This document shows positions 1 to 11,917 of a DNA stretch of 33,460 nucleotides, in pieces. This DNA comes from Macrostomum lignano (Eukaryota), in NCBI GenBank assembly GCA_002269645.1, contig NIVC01004849.1:1-33460 (forward strand). Reading direction: 5' to 3'. A model generated the notes under the pieces. The model had not been told where the DNA came from, did no database searches, and was given only the letters and a program-made list of their open reading frames with translations. Every line of letters starts with the position of its first letter. Position 1 is the first letter of the stretch. A program made the translations under genes and the position numbers.

Positions 1-830
1 ACTAGGCTAGGCTTAGGACTTTATCAAATATCAACTGTCAACTGACATTATAATGTTAGACTAGATTTTAGGGCATAATAATAACCACACACACAAAAAA
101 ACTTAAATTTAGGCAGTAACTCTGATGGACATGGACTATGGTATGATTTTGCATTAAAAAGTGTCTCTTGCTGTTAATTAACTAATAAATGATTTAAAAG
201 TAGCAGACCCTAACTAACAAATTTAGATTTATGTAATATGATTTAACACAACAATGCACTATGTCTATGTTTCACAACAACAGATACAATGCCCCAGCGC
301 TCAAGCTTTTTTAAAATAGTAACTTTAACAGCCTATGCCTAGGGTAGGCAGGCCTTAGGCACTGCACACACCACATGTTTAAACTAGTTTCTGCGTAAGC
401 CTATAAATAACAAATTAGATTTACATTAATTAGGCCTGCATTATTTAATACATATATAAATAATGTATATAGGGGTCGATATATGTGGGCATAAGGACCT
501 GGCTATATTTTAAGAGTATTTATCTAGGCCTATAATTAATAAAGGGATTTATGTAGAAGCAAATATCTATAGCCTATAGGACGGAAGGGAAAGGGAAAGG
601 GAAACAAGGTGCGCTTTACGTTGGATTTTTTGGAATCCTTGGAAGTCAGTTCAACAAAAATGTGCGGAATTTTCCTACCTTCTAAAAATAAGAACAAAAA
701 AGAGAGTTTTCAGTACACCCTAATTAATATCAATATCTTCCTTAACTACTTTAGCTAGGCCAAAAACCATTTTAGAAAGAATACAGAATCGTTTTGTTTT
801 AAGTGACAAAAGTAAAATTTAACTTTGCAC

Positions 831-3800
831 TTAACCATTGTCAGCCGGGTCGTTCTCAAATTCTGGGAGGAGCGAAAATTTTAACAATTTTCCGAACATT
901 TACTATTGTTACTGCCGTATTGAAAATAATAGGACACTTTCATCCGTGAATAAAGATAATTTTTGGGTTGAAATTTATGTTGCAAAAGTGTTTTAAGTTG
1001 TCTTGCGGTATTAGGCGATATTAGGTGATGAAAAAATTCAAATTCAATCACTTCACCGATGTCGTAATTTTTGACACTATGATGTCTATAGCTAAAAAAA
1101 GTTGTTGTTGTGTTGAAAACTTGCTGTATTACATTTAAAATGAAAGCTTATATAAATTTAATTTAAGATTTTTTTTAAAGCTTAATAAACTGCACTATAA
1201 ATGATTTTATAGACGCTTAACTGTATGCCTAGCATTTCCGGTGGGATAGCCTCTTTGCGTCTCACAAAATGTATTTTTCAGCTGACGTCTAGAATGTGCG
1301 CTTAAAATGATATATTTTGATGCAGATAATTAGAAAAACATGTCTTATTATCTTTTTGTAAAAAATTGTTATGAAATAGAGCACTATTGTTGATAAAAAT
1401 AATTAAAAGCAACCATGCATCGCAATAAACTCCTACTTTGAAGCACAAAATAAATATCCTGTAACCACACTAGCATTCTCCATGGAGCACCTTTTGAGCT
1501 GAAATTTTACACAGATATCCAGTAAAGTAAACTGAGCAAATGATTTTTTTTGTTTTTGAAAATACTTCAATTTGGCTATGTATCAGTTAGTTCATTGGAC
1601 ATATTTATTATATTTTTATTAGAATCCTTGTAACCAAGCTACAGAGAAACATGTGCAAAACTGGACCTTGAAATTTGACCTGAATGATCAGCAAATGTGT
1701 ATCTCGAAATGATTTTTTTTGTTTTCATCAAGTCATTCTATGCTAATTTTTTCTGAAGGGAAAGATACCATATATTTAGAGTCAATAGGGGAAGCATTTA
1801 GACTTATTCAATAGTCATTAAAATTGCAACTATATTATTATAATATAGTAATAATATTATACATGTATTATATAGTAATATTAACTTCTAAGATGCCCTT
1901 ATAAATTTAAGTAAAGACAACAGGCCTTAATTAATTAATCAGCATTTTGAAGAAACTGACCTTATACAGATGGGCCCCAAGCTAAGAAATGAATGTAGAG
2001 CTTATTTCGTGTAAGGTATAAAAATCAATTTATTATAATATTAAATACTCCTAATAAATTGGTTAAATTAGTTATTTACCTTGAATTAATTTAATTTAAT
2101 AATAAATATATAAATTTGTTTCACTTCTTACTGCATTTAAATAGAGTACCTCTCTACTATACTATAATAGTATAGTAAAAGTATATATTAAAAAAGTATA
2201 GTAAAAAATTTTCTTTGGTTTAATCCCACCTTGCCTCAGTTTTTTAGTCTTAATACGAGCTAGATAGTAAGTGTTGATTAATTTGCTCCATCACCTTTTG
2301 CCACGGAAACAGCACATGTCGGACATGCAACACTCTTCCTGATCCCTGGATTCAAGATGACTGCTTCTGCTTCTTCAATGCTTGAAAACTGAGCTCATGG
2401 AGCTTTAGGTTATGCTGTCAGAGTGCTGCTGCCGGTGCTGTGTGTGTATGTGTGTGTCTTCTGCGGGTAGGTTCCCTGTCCCTCAGTTTAGCCACTGTTG
2501 TGGGCTAACTGGAGGAATTGCCGTTGTCGGTGCTGCAGATGGCACTGCATGGTAGTATTGACGCTGTCAGTGACGCTGGCAAAGGCTTGGACAAAGCTAG
2601 GTGCCGTCATTGTCAGGAGGACATGCGTGTGCTGCTTAGACCAGTGCGCACATTCGACTGGACTCGTATCTGGTGCAGTCTGGTGTATTCACTGAGATTG
2701 TGTGGATCTGCCTCCTCGCATCACCTCAACCAGGCTCAATTTCTTTTGTAGAATTTTCGTGCGCTGCTTAACTGCATCTTGTGCCTGCTGAGTGATGCCA
2801 AGAATTGTGCCACACAATAATTTGGCCCATAAACTACTCGTATATTATACATATGTATGCACAGCACACACACGCAGTTCATTCATATTAAATGTACTAG
2901 TTAATGGAATTCTCATCTCATGAGCTCTAGTCTATGGACAAACCTGAAATTACTAGAATATCTAGATAGATCTAAACTTATTTGAGCAGCGCGCTGCGCT
3001 GCGAGCAAATACATGTAGATTCCTTAGTGCAACTAATTAATAGTGTCGTACAGTCTACAGCCTGAAGTAGCCTGTGTAAGATGCGGAGGGATGATTTTTG
3101 CATAGGAAGCCACTACGGTAAGGTTGATGGAACTATGGGGAGGTGAGAGATTCAAAGCGAGGGACGGAAGCCATGCATAGTTCGATCATAAGTTTGATTA
3201 TTGCATGAGTCTGGGGATGCATTAACGAGAGGCGGACGAGAGCATAGAAATAAAGCGGGCTAAATATATGAATACACAAAATTACATGTACTAGCTAGTA
3301 ATTTCAGAATGGTCAGCGACTCCTCCGATTTGTATCCGCGACCGCGTGCCCACAAATCCCCCGGCAGACTCTGTCGCAGTTGGTGGTTGTGCACAGAATA
3401 CAATGTTAATTTTCGAGCTTCTCTGCAAAAAATGCGTGATGCACTCAAGATGCGTGCTATAGTCTACTTCTTTGATTGATGGCTGGGTTTTGCCTTTTCG
3501 CTTGTGATCATCAAAAGCTTGGGCGTCATTGCTACTGGTGTTTCAGTGTGCGCATTATGTCTGGTTATCATATTATGTGCATGTGCAGTGTCTTTTACCT
3601 ACATTTTTGTTTGTCTCTGTTTCCTGCATGCTCTTTCGCATTTTTACACCTCGCACATCCTCATTTTTCTCAATTAACAAGTGAAATCTTTTCTTAAAGA
3701 CTAATTGCTATTTTAGTTAAGCTAGTAGGTTTTTGGTAATTAAATAATTCAATTTTGTCTATTTTCCAAAAAGTTTCAAAAAATGAATTAATTAAAATAA

Positions 3801-4650
3801 ATTTGAATTATTTTAAGTTAATTGGAGTAAAATGTCTAATAAGTAACTATAATTTTTTATTTTAAGTACATGTAGCTTTGGTATAAGTATTAATGTAATG
3901 AGTACTTAAAGTAAAATCAAGCAAGTTATAGTTTTCAGAAATTATGCTACAAATAATCAAATATATACTAGTATCCGAATTCCTTTATTAAGGAACATGC
4001 AGTCGATATTAAATCCACAATGTGCTCTTTGGTGTTCAAGGATAGTTCCCTGACTTTTTCTATTATTAGTTAGATTTTATTATATTTAATGTAAAAATGA
4101 ACAATTCTATTCAAGGTAAAAATGAACATTCTTTATTTGTCGAATCATCTTGCCTTTGAAAAGATACATAGTGAAAACTTGATTTTTAATTCAAACTTTC
4201 AAGACTTATTTAGACTTCTTAATTCAGTGATTAGTTAAACTGATCGAAGTTCTTTCGAGTGCATGCTATAATAATTTCGCACTTTTTCGCACACGATAAT
4301 TTTAAATGTCTGGGATTTAGAGCAGAGTAACAAAATGCTGTGCTCAAAAACATTTCCTTTGTCAATTTCTTGTTCTTTTATTTTTGCAAAAGAAATTTAA
4401 CTGCATATTTAAAATAAAAATGGAAGAAAATTTTATTTTCTCTTTTAATATTTTTGTCGTTTATTTTCCGCAACAAAGAATAACAAATAGCCTTGATTTC
4501 TTCTCAATTTCAAGTTTTCTTGTGGTTTTAGTAGCAGCTTCTTACAGAAATTGTTGAAAGAATTTTTTTTGTACGATTATTAGTCGATGTATAAACTTTT
4601 TTTGCAATAACAAAAAGTTGTGACCTAGCTTTGAGAACGACCCAGCCATG
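831..4650. mobile_element. Candidate decayed piggyBac-like non-autonomous DNA transposon (right end incomplete)
   Basis: Left end reads TTAA-CCATTGTCAGCCGGGTCGTTCTCAAA (831-860). An inverted copy of the inner part, TTTGAGAACGACCCAGC, lies at ~4630-4646. The interior is mostly AT-rich. The outermost right TIR bases and the right TTAA are missing, and no transposase is recognisable. Confidence 0.35.
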
Positions 4651-6628
4651 GGCCTGTATGGCCAAATTCAGCAGGCTTTGTCTGAGCCAAACACGTACCA
4701 GTACCACATAACTAGGACTACAACCAGATGTGTCTAGCGATTCCCCCTCGGATATGGACTATAGAGTCCGGAAAGTGAACGGTCAGTGTCACAGCCCTCT
4801 ACTAACTGAACGACAACGAGTTGGCCAAGCCTGAGGAAAGGAGCATCTAATTCGCAGAAAAGCAAAAATTCGTGAGACGCTGGTGCTTCGTCAATGAGTT
4901 TCTGCAGTTTTCGCCTCTCGTAGCCATTATGCAGGACTGGAACGCTATAGTTGTTAAAAAACTAGGCCGCAGATCTCATTTGACTTTACATGTAGTTTCG
5001 GTCTCGAAGCAAAAATCTCTTCTTTCACTGCTTTTCTTATTTTATCACTCATAAATTGCGTTTTATCTTAGAAAGGCGCCGCCGGGGTTCAGTTGCGGGA
5101 CGAGGCATGTACTAAACTGTGTGGCTGCATGGTTAGTAGCAATTGCATCGAGCGACGGCTTCTGCTACCTCACACCGTCTCCGACAGTCGGTTGTATGCA
5201 CACCTCCGAGTCCCCTGATTTTGTTCTTAGCTCCAGTTTGGATACGGAGAGCAGATCGTTGTGTCAATCTTTTTTATCAGTAGCGTGATCAGTGCAGGCC
5301 TAGGTTGCAGAGCGTATCTGTAAGATGAAAAAGTGAATCATGGATGCAGGAAAGCTTTTTAAAAATGATGCGGGCAGAATAAGTCTGTATATCTCTGATA
5401 CCTTGCAGGAACGCAAAATGGCTTCACCCAACGTTTCTCAAAAAATCTAACCAAAGCTTCACCACCTTTGATATGGACAATGACAACAGCATAGACTCTA
5501 GAGCCCGGTGTTATGAAAATTCAATGAAAGCAGAGTTCGAAACCCTGATTACGCGGATTTGATTGAATGGGTGACTCACAACTCAATACCCTATCGACAA
5601 TAAGCAATGCGAGGATAACAAACAATGCTATATTTTTTCCGCGGGAAGATTGCAATAAACTCATCTAGTCTGATGACAGTTATTTAAAGTACAGAACGAT
5701 TTTCAGTCATTTTAATTTTTGTTGACTTGATTAGCTAGCGTTAGCTTGAATGAGTCTCAGCGAGAAATTGAACCCAGCGAGGACGTTACGTGTCGGCACA
5801 GGCTGAGGTCGCCGTTTTGCCTTGATCGTTCCGCGCTTTCCGAAAGCCAACTGTTTCTGAATTAGCTGGAGGCCCACGACAAGTGGTGATTGCTTTCCCT
5901 CTGATAAAAAAATCATGAGAAAGAAGGTCCATGAACTAGCTCATGCCATTAACGAACAGGGTTGATCGAGGTTACGGCACTCATGATAGTTCATCGGGCC
6001 TTGTGTTGACTCACTCAAATATGTCAAGCTACATGCAAATACGTTCTAATGCAATACTAGACCTGCATAAAAGATCCCACCCGTAGGAATCCAAGCATGC
6101 AAGACCCTCGTGCAGCTATGGACGATTACGGCAAGATATGGGAATTTTCATATGATGTAACCACGCTCTGGTCGCGGGATAGGGCATGGGAACTTTTTCG
6201 TAAGTGCCTCCTATCCCGTGTACCCCCCTGCACAGAGCCGTCGAGACTCGGCCAGGTTTCCGACCAGTCCTGGAGACTCCCGCTCTGCTGCACCCCCCTG
6301 CTGCCTTGGTTCCGTCTCCCCTGCCGCCACACCTGCCTTTCCGGAGCTCCCTGTCCCTCTCTGTACCCTCCCCTCTACCTTATCTCCCCTGCACTCCACC
6401 CTATTCTTCTGGTACTTCCCCTATCCCCCCCTCTTTTGTCTCTCTCTGCACTCTTTTCTTGCGCTGTCCCCTCTTTCTCTACGTCTACTTACAGTATGTT
6501 GTGTGCTCACCGTCCTCCCATCCTTTCCCAAACTCCCAAACGGTGACGCAAGTCGTGTGACCCCTTCTCCCCCCCGATGACTCATCGATGACTCACCCCC
6601 CTCTCTTGCGCAACCTTTTCTCATGCCA

Positions 6629-6935
6629 TTGTTCTCCTCCCCAAATTTCTCATGCGACACCCACCCCACCTCCGCTTCTATTGTTCTCATTTTTGATTCT
6701 TTTGTTCTCTCGACCCCCACCAATTATCACATTTTCTCCGATTTTCTCTTTCTTTTGTTCTCGTTTTCGCACCTAATTATCACCTTTTCTCCAATGTTTA
6801 CTTTTCCATTGTTCTCAGTTTTCCCCAATTATCCCCGATTTCCAATTCCTTTGTTCTCGACCCCAGCCCTATTGTTCTCAATGTTTGCTTGCGCAACACT
6901 TTCGCGACCACCCGCTGCGCCAATTATCCCCCCAC
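6629..6935 (+). repeat. Pyrimidine-rich U3-like array of short motifs (TTGTTCTC about 7 copies; (C)CAATTAT/CTAATTAT about 4 copies)
   Basis: Repeated motifs read directly in the C/T-rich part of the LTR upstream of its TATA box. Confidence 0.55.
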
Positions 6936-7001
6936 CCCACCTCCGGATTGCGCAATTTCCCGATTTCTCATGTTGCTATGCCGGTCTCATGCTTCTCATC
7001 A

Positions 7002-7093
7002 TGACTCATTCTGACGTCATTCTGCCGGCAGCCAATCAGAGAGAGGGAGCCATGGTAACGACCTTGAGGAGGCGGCTGTGAGGTCTATAAAAG
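7002..7093 (+). promoter_or_regulatory. RNA Pol II core promoter inside the solo LTR: AP-1, CRE, CCAAT box, RFX X-box half-site, TATA box
   Basis: TGACTCA 7002-7008, TGACGTCA 7012-7019, CCAAT 7032-7036, CCATGGTAAC 7050-7059, TATAAAAG 7086-7093, in canonical order and spacing. Two further TGACTCA sites lie at ~6578-6594. Confidence 0.7.
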
Positions 7094-8724
7094 GAAGCGA
7101 TTTCGGCATGAGAATCCTCAGCCTGCTCGACTCTTCCTCTCCTCGTCCTTCTTTGGACTTGCTGTCAGATTGAGTTCTGACCCATTCGTCTATAAGACGA
7201 ATCCCTGCCAGTCCGCGGTCTGCTACCGCCAAGTTATCCTTAGCTCCCCAAGTGAGCTCGCCTATCGGCCAGCGGTCTGATACCGCCCAGCATCATCAGC
7301 ATCGCCTGATCTACATCAGCGCCTCGTCGCTCCAGCGCATCGCCGCTTCACTGTCTGCCTGACTGCAGCCTACAGCCACCCTCGGTCACTCCGCCTCTCT
7401 CTCTCTCTGTGCAGCTGCCGGTAAGTTCCTGCTACTAATTTGAGCTCTAATTGCCTCTGCTTATCCGGGGTTTGCCTATTTTCCATTGTCTGATTAGAGA
7501 TCTGAGCCAATTGTGATACCGTATCTTTTGCTGTATTTTACTCAATAGTGAAGCCGCCTAATTGCCTGATTATTCGCCTAAGGGCCTAATTATTAACTAT
7601 TAACTAACTTCATCATTATTCAATCTTTCACCATCATTTAACTCATGGCTTGCTAAGCCTTTCTCCCGGGGTGGCAAAGCATAAGGGAGTTTGGGTAAGC
7701 TAATGGCCTCTCCCCGTGCAAAGCCCGCCTGTGTGAGTGCGTGCGGCGGGTTCGTGAGTGCGTGCAGTGGAGGGTGATTAGCGAGTCTTGGCACAGAATG
7801 GCAGTAGGAAGGTTGCAACCCCATGCTAACGCGTCCCTTCGCCCTGAGCAATCTAAACTATAGACAGTACATGTTCGCCTCATACTACTCTTAGTAATCA
7901 AAGTCGCAAGTCAGCCTCGCTCACAGCCACAAAGGATCCCCTGCTGAGAAATCCTCCAGGATTGAGCCAGAGTTCCCGATCATGCCTTAAGCAGAGTCCC
8001 TGTACTCGGCTGCATGCGTCTCCCCTGTTAGCCTAAATCCCCTGGTAACCAATCCAGGCGGGGCTCTAGCCTCGAGAGGTCTGGTAGAAAGATCCAGGTG
8101 CGCCAGGTCACATAGAGTGGTGGCAGCCACTCGGTCATACCATGACCGAGTGACCAACTATTGCACCTTGGCTACAGGTGGGGTCCATGTGGGTCCTTGG
8201 CCCTCTGGTCACGAAGCGCTACCAAAGCTACTAATCATGTGGGCGGGACAGTCTGGTGCTGGAGGTCCGTCAGGTCATTGCCCGGTCATAGGCAGCCTAC
8301 GGTCATCGCCCCCTCTAGCCAAGCGTTCGTCTCTCTATAGGAGCGGACAGGCGACAAGGGCGGTTACATCACATATTCTTATTAGATCGATCGAGGAATC
8401 AATAATATGAAAAAGTACTCATAAATCCTCACATGCACTGGTTCAGTGGTTTCTATGGTTTTGTGATACGTTTCGATTATTTGCGCTTAAACTGACGAAA
8501 GATGCTTGGTAGGTGTAAAACTAAAACGTAAACGGCTGAAAAGTGGGGGATACAGAGTATTCCCGATTTACCCTTAGTATCTATGGCATAATGCATAAAT
8601 AAATGCACAGAATGCATTCGTGTCTTACTAATTGACCCCGGCTTTGCTTTATAAAGCATGTCGCGCTAATATATTTGTACATGTTGTTTATCAAAGCTGT
8701 AGGCTACATGTGCATGCATCAACA

Positions 8725-11209
8725 ATGACTTGCTCCGGTACGCATCCTGATTCCCTTCAAATCGCCCAGACAGCAGTGCCGTCGGGTAGCACCGGAGACG
8801 AAGCCAGCAGCTCCAAACGGGCAAACTGCAAAAGCGCGGTTATTCTAGCCCACCCGTTTCCTCTAGCTGACGTGGCGGATGCCTTTCGAGATAAGTACAG
8901 AGCGTACATTGGCTATACAATTGAAACTGCAGGACAGCGGGAGCTCACTACTCATATGAGCAAGAATGCAATTGAGTAAGCTTTATTTCACTCGTCTATT
9001 TCTATACATTTATTATTATCCTGCATTGAACAATACTGATAGCTTTCACAAATGAATACTGTTTGGATTAGGGACAGGAGTGTGCTCAACCAGTAGTCTG
9101 CGCCTGATACCTGAACTGTTGTCATTGTTGCAGCAGATATAACTAGCCAACCATAATACTTCAAGTGATCTCGTGCACATACTCCACAAACGAACCAGAA
9201 AGAATACGACCGCAATGTCTTCATCATATCACTGCAGTATGAAAAAGTCAATCGAGTGCCTCGGATTCAGGCGTCTGGACGAAGACATGGCCGAGTGTTT
9301 GCTAGCTGATGCCGATAAACTGTCTCTGACCGTTTTGACTTCTGGCGACGAGAATCCAGCCATCTGTAAGATATCCGTATGGGGTTTTTGATCAGTACAA
9401 CACGGTTGATCTATTCGTAAAGTAAAAATCTTAATTTAGCACTAATAGCTTTTAAAACAAAAATATATTGGATAGCAGAGTAGCATTAGTCATTCAAAAT
9501 TATATTTTTCTTGAAGGCGGTAATTGATTTTGTAATCGTTTACTTTGTTCTATTAGTTCTTCTACCCGACTTGGAAAGTAGAAATTAAACCATGTATTGA
9601 AAGCTTTTTGTAAAGCTGAGTGGAATAAACTAAAAAGCGAAATAAGCAGAACGCGATTGGTACAAATCGAATTACTTCTATAGCTGGTCCAAGCTTCCTG
9701 ACAGCAAAGCTGAAGGCCGAGCCGCTCAGCGAAATTCTGGCCTGCGACTGGCAGCTTCACCAACACCTGCGACAGTTGGAGGAGAAATTGAGCCAAGCCA
9801 ACATAAGCTTCCTTACTGATTCCGGAAGAGTTTATAATATTGAATACTTCCTTCCGTTGGCTGTCTGCATGGCAGATGCCAAACATCTTGAGGAAACCCT
9901 CGGTGAGAATTTACGCAAATGAATTCATTGAATTAATGCGATTTTTGACAAATCTTGTCCGATAAATCATTGCAGCATCTCGACCTGGCAAATATCTGAT
10001 AAAATCATCCAGGTAAAGTTATATGCGGCAACTAGCAACAAAACTGAGAGTTAAATATGAGCATTGACACATGGCAGAGCTGCAGGGCCTTGGCGTGTAG
10101 GTTGCGCTGTTAGTACCATGCGAAACGCAGAGTCTGCATCCGTCTTCTTGCCAGTGCCTGCAGTGTCATTAGCGACTTCTCCTGCACCGCTTGTGGGCTG
10201 TTAACTCTGACTCTGAGTTTTGTTGTGGACCTGTGCGGAAGCAGTTGCTTGAATAGTGTTCGCTCGTGTTCAATTTCATGACTGGCCTTTTAATTATCTC
10301 GTACACTTCAGTGCATTATTTCATTCATCATTTTCTAAATCTTTTTAAGCCGACAGTTTACTTTACAGCCAACTTAAAAATAACCTTCCCTCGATTGCCA
10401 GCAGAAGTTCGAAACCTCGCCAGCGACAGCTGATTAACGTCCAAAGCAGCAACTCCGCAAAGGCTATCCGCGACTGCCTTCTCAGCGGGACACCTTTGCA
10501 ACAAGCGTCGCTACAGGCCTATATTGAGCAGCCACTGCTGGTTGACAAGCGCAAGTTCGACATCCGCACCTTCTTAATGCTTGTCTGTCCAAAGCGGGGC
10601 GGAGCTGGTGGCCGAACAAACGATTCCGGCTACTTCGCCTTCCACCATCCGGGCTTCCTGCATCTTCGTCTCGAGCCATTCAACCCGCAATATCCGGAGC
10701 CTTCGCAAGACGGACCGAAATATCAGACGAGTCAGCAGCTCATGGAGGCTTGCACATGGTATCCGGACGAGCTCAACGCTTACTTGAACAGAAAAAAAGG
10801 CTTCAGAATGCCCCCAGACTGGGTCAAAGTTAGGCTGTATCCACAAGCGAGAGCTGTTCTGGGCTACCTAGCTGGCTTGCTTCGATGGAACCTACATGAT
10901 CGCGTCTCCGCAACCAGCAGCTTCCGCATCATCAGCGCCCACATGCTTCTGGACGAGAGCCTCAGACTGCACCTGCTGAAGTTGGACGATGATGCGCCAA
11001 ATTGGAGCCGCCCAACCAGCGTGGTGGACTCCGTGCTGTCGAGCATTTGGCAGGAGGCTGTCTGTCTCGCATGCGAGATTGCCATCAGATTCAGAAGCGG
11101 CAGAACCATCAGCGATGATCACTTGGTAACCAGGCGGAACTTTCGCATGGTCTACAGCTCAGAGGATCTGTGTCTCGCCAGACAGAGCGTCACTTTGATG
11201 TACGACTGA
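8725..11209 (+). CDS. Divergent tubulin-tyrosine-ligase-like protein, closest in motif layout to TTLL10; exons 8725-8975, 9238-9365, 9684-9902, 9976-10012, 10369-11209 (~491 aa); start codon tentative
   Basis: All four introns are GT-AG and join in frame (1,476 nt total). TTL motif QAYIEQPLLVDKRKFDIR is present. TTLL10-like segments are YIG, EYFLP, YLIK, TWYPDELNAYL...PDWV, SFRIISAHMLLDESLRLHLL and C-terminal RRNFRMVY. AATAAA at 11323-11328. Confidence 0.8.
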
Positions 11210-11917
11210 TAGAGTTGCATTTCAAGTGTACTTGATAGTGAAATTTTCTCTTCCTTTTTAGTTTATCGGCCTTGTCTTAAAAATTGTACCATACTACTCG
11301 TTTTGCTAAGAGCAGGCATAGGAATAAATGCATGCATTTATTGTATCATTCTGTCTTTTTCAATCTAAATAAAGCACTTAGCTGTTCGACTCTTTTCATA
11401 AGAGATCTGAATTATGATGATATTTAAATTCTTACGTCTGAAGACGTATGAAGCTCGCAAATTCGGGAAGTACTTTTAATGACTACGAGGGCCGGGCACG
11501 TAGGAAGGGGTTGGGAGAGCGATAACTGTCCAAGATTCTTTAAGCGATACTCTTGAGGATAGTAGCGTGTTCACGCTTGAAAAAGTCAAATGACTACTAT
11601 GCGCAGGTGAACTATAGTGGGTAATCATAGGGCTAGAAGCAGTTGGGTGATTTTCCCACAAAGCCCAGCTTCTCATCTTTTTTGAAGGCTGATTACTTCA
11701 ATTTGAAGGTGAACAATATTGAGGTTATTAGAGTTAGAGGTTATTACGAGTAACTCAAATTTAGTAAGACAAGGAGCCTCCTCTCTGCGTCTATTACTTT
11801 ATTGTAGTTTATTTAAAGACACATAATTGCTTCCACAATTGTTCCAGTAACGAGTTAATCAAGTCCTATTTCAGCTTTATCATATCAGCCTAGCATAAGC
11901 TCTGCAGCTCGTATGCC

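Larger units (their letters stand above)
6153..8371 (+). mobile_element. Solo LTR of an LTR retrotransposon (Gypsy-like), 2,219 bp
   Basis: Termini TGATGTAACC (6153-6162) and GGTTACATCA (8362-8371) are perfect 10-bp inverted repeats with TG...CA ends. CATA flanks both sides (6149-6152 and 8372-8375). There is an internal Pol II promoter cluster and no gag/pol coding sequence. Confidence 0.8.

Noticed and set aside
2944-3307. MITE bounded by the 13-bp inverted repeat CTGAAATTACTAG
   Set aside because: The arms are AT-rich, there is no target-site duplication and no second copy occurs in the window.
4650-6150. Additional protein-coding gene upstream of the solo LTR
   Set aside because: There are only short ORF fragments, with no recognisable domain and no phase-consistent splice chain.
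6097-7081. Several overlapping 100-150 aa ORFs
   Set aside because: They arise from low-complexity pyrimidine-rich LTR sequence. The 6097 ORF crosses the LTR boundary, and rejoining the empty site gives a stop within a few codons.
9500-9886. 128-aa minus-strand ORF
   Set aside because: It is the antisense shadow of TTLL-like exon 3, whose + frame splices in phase.
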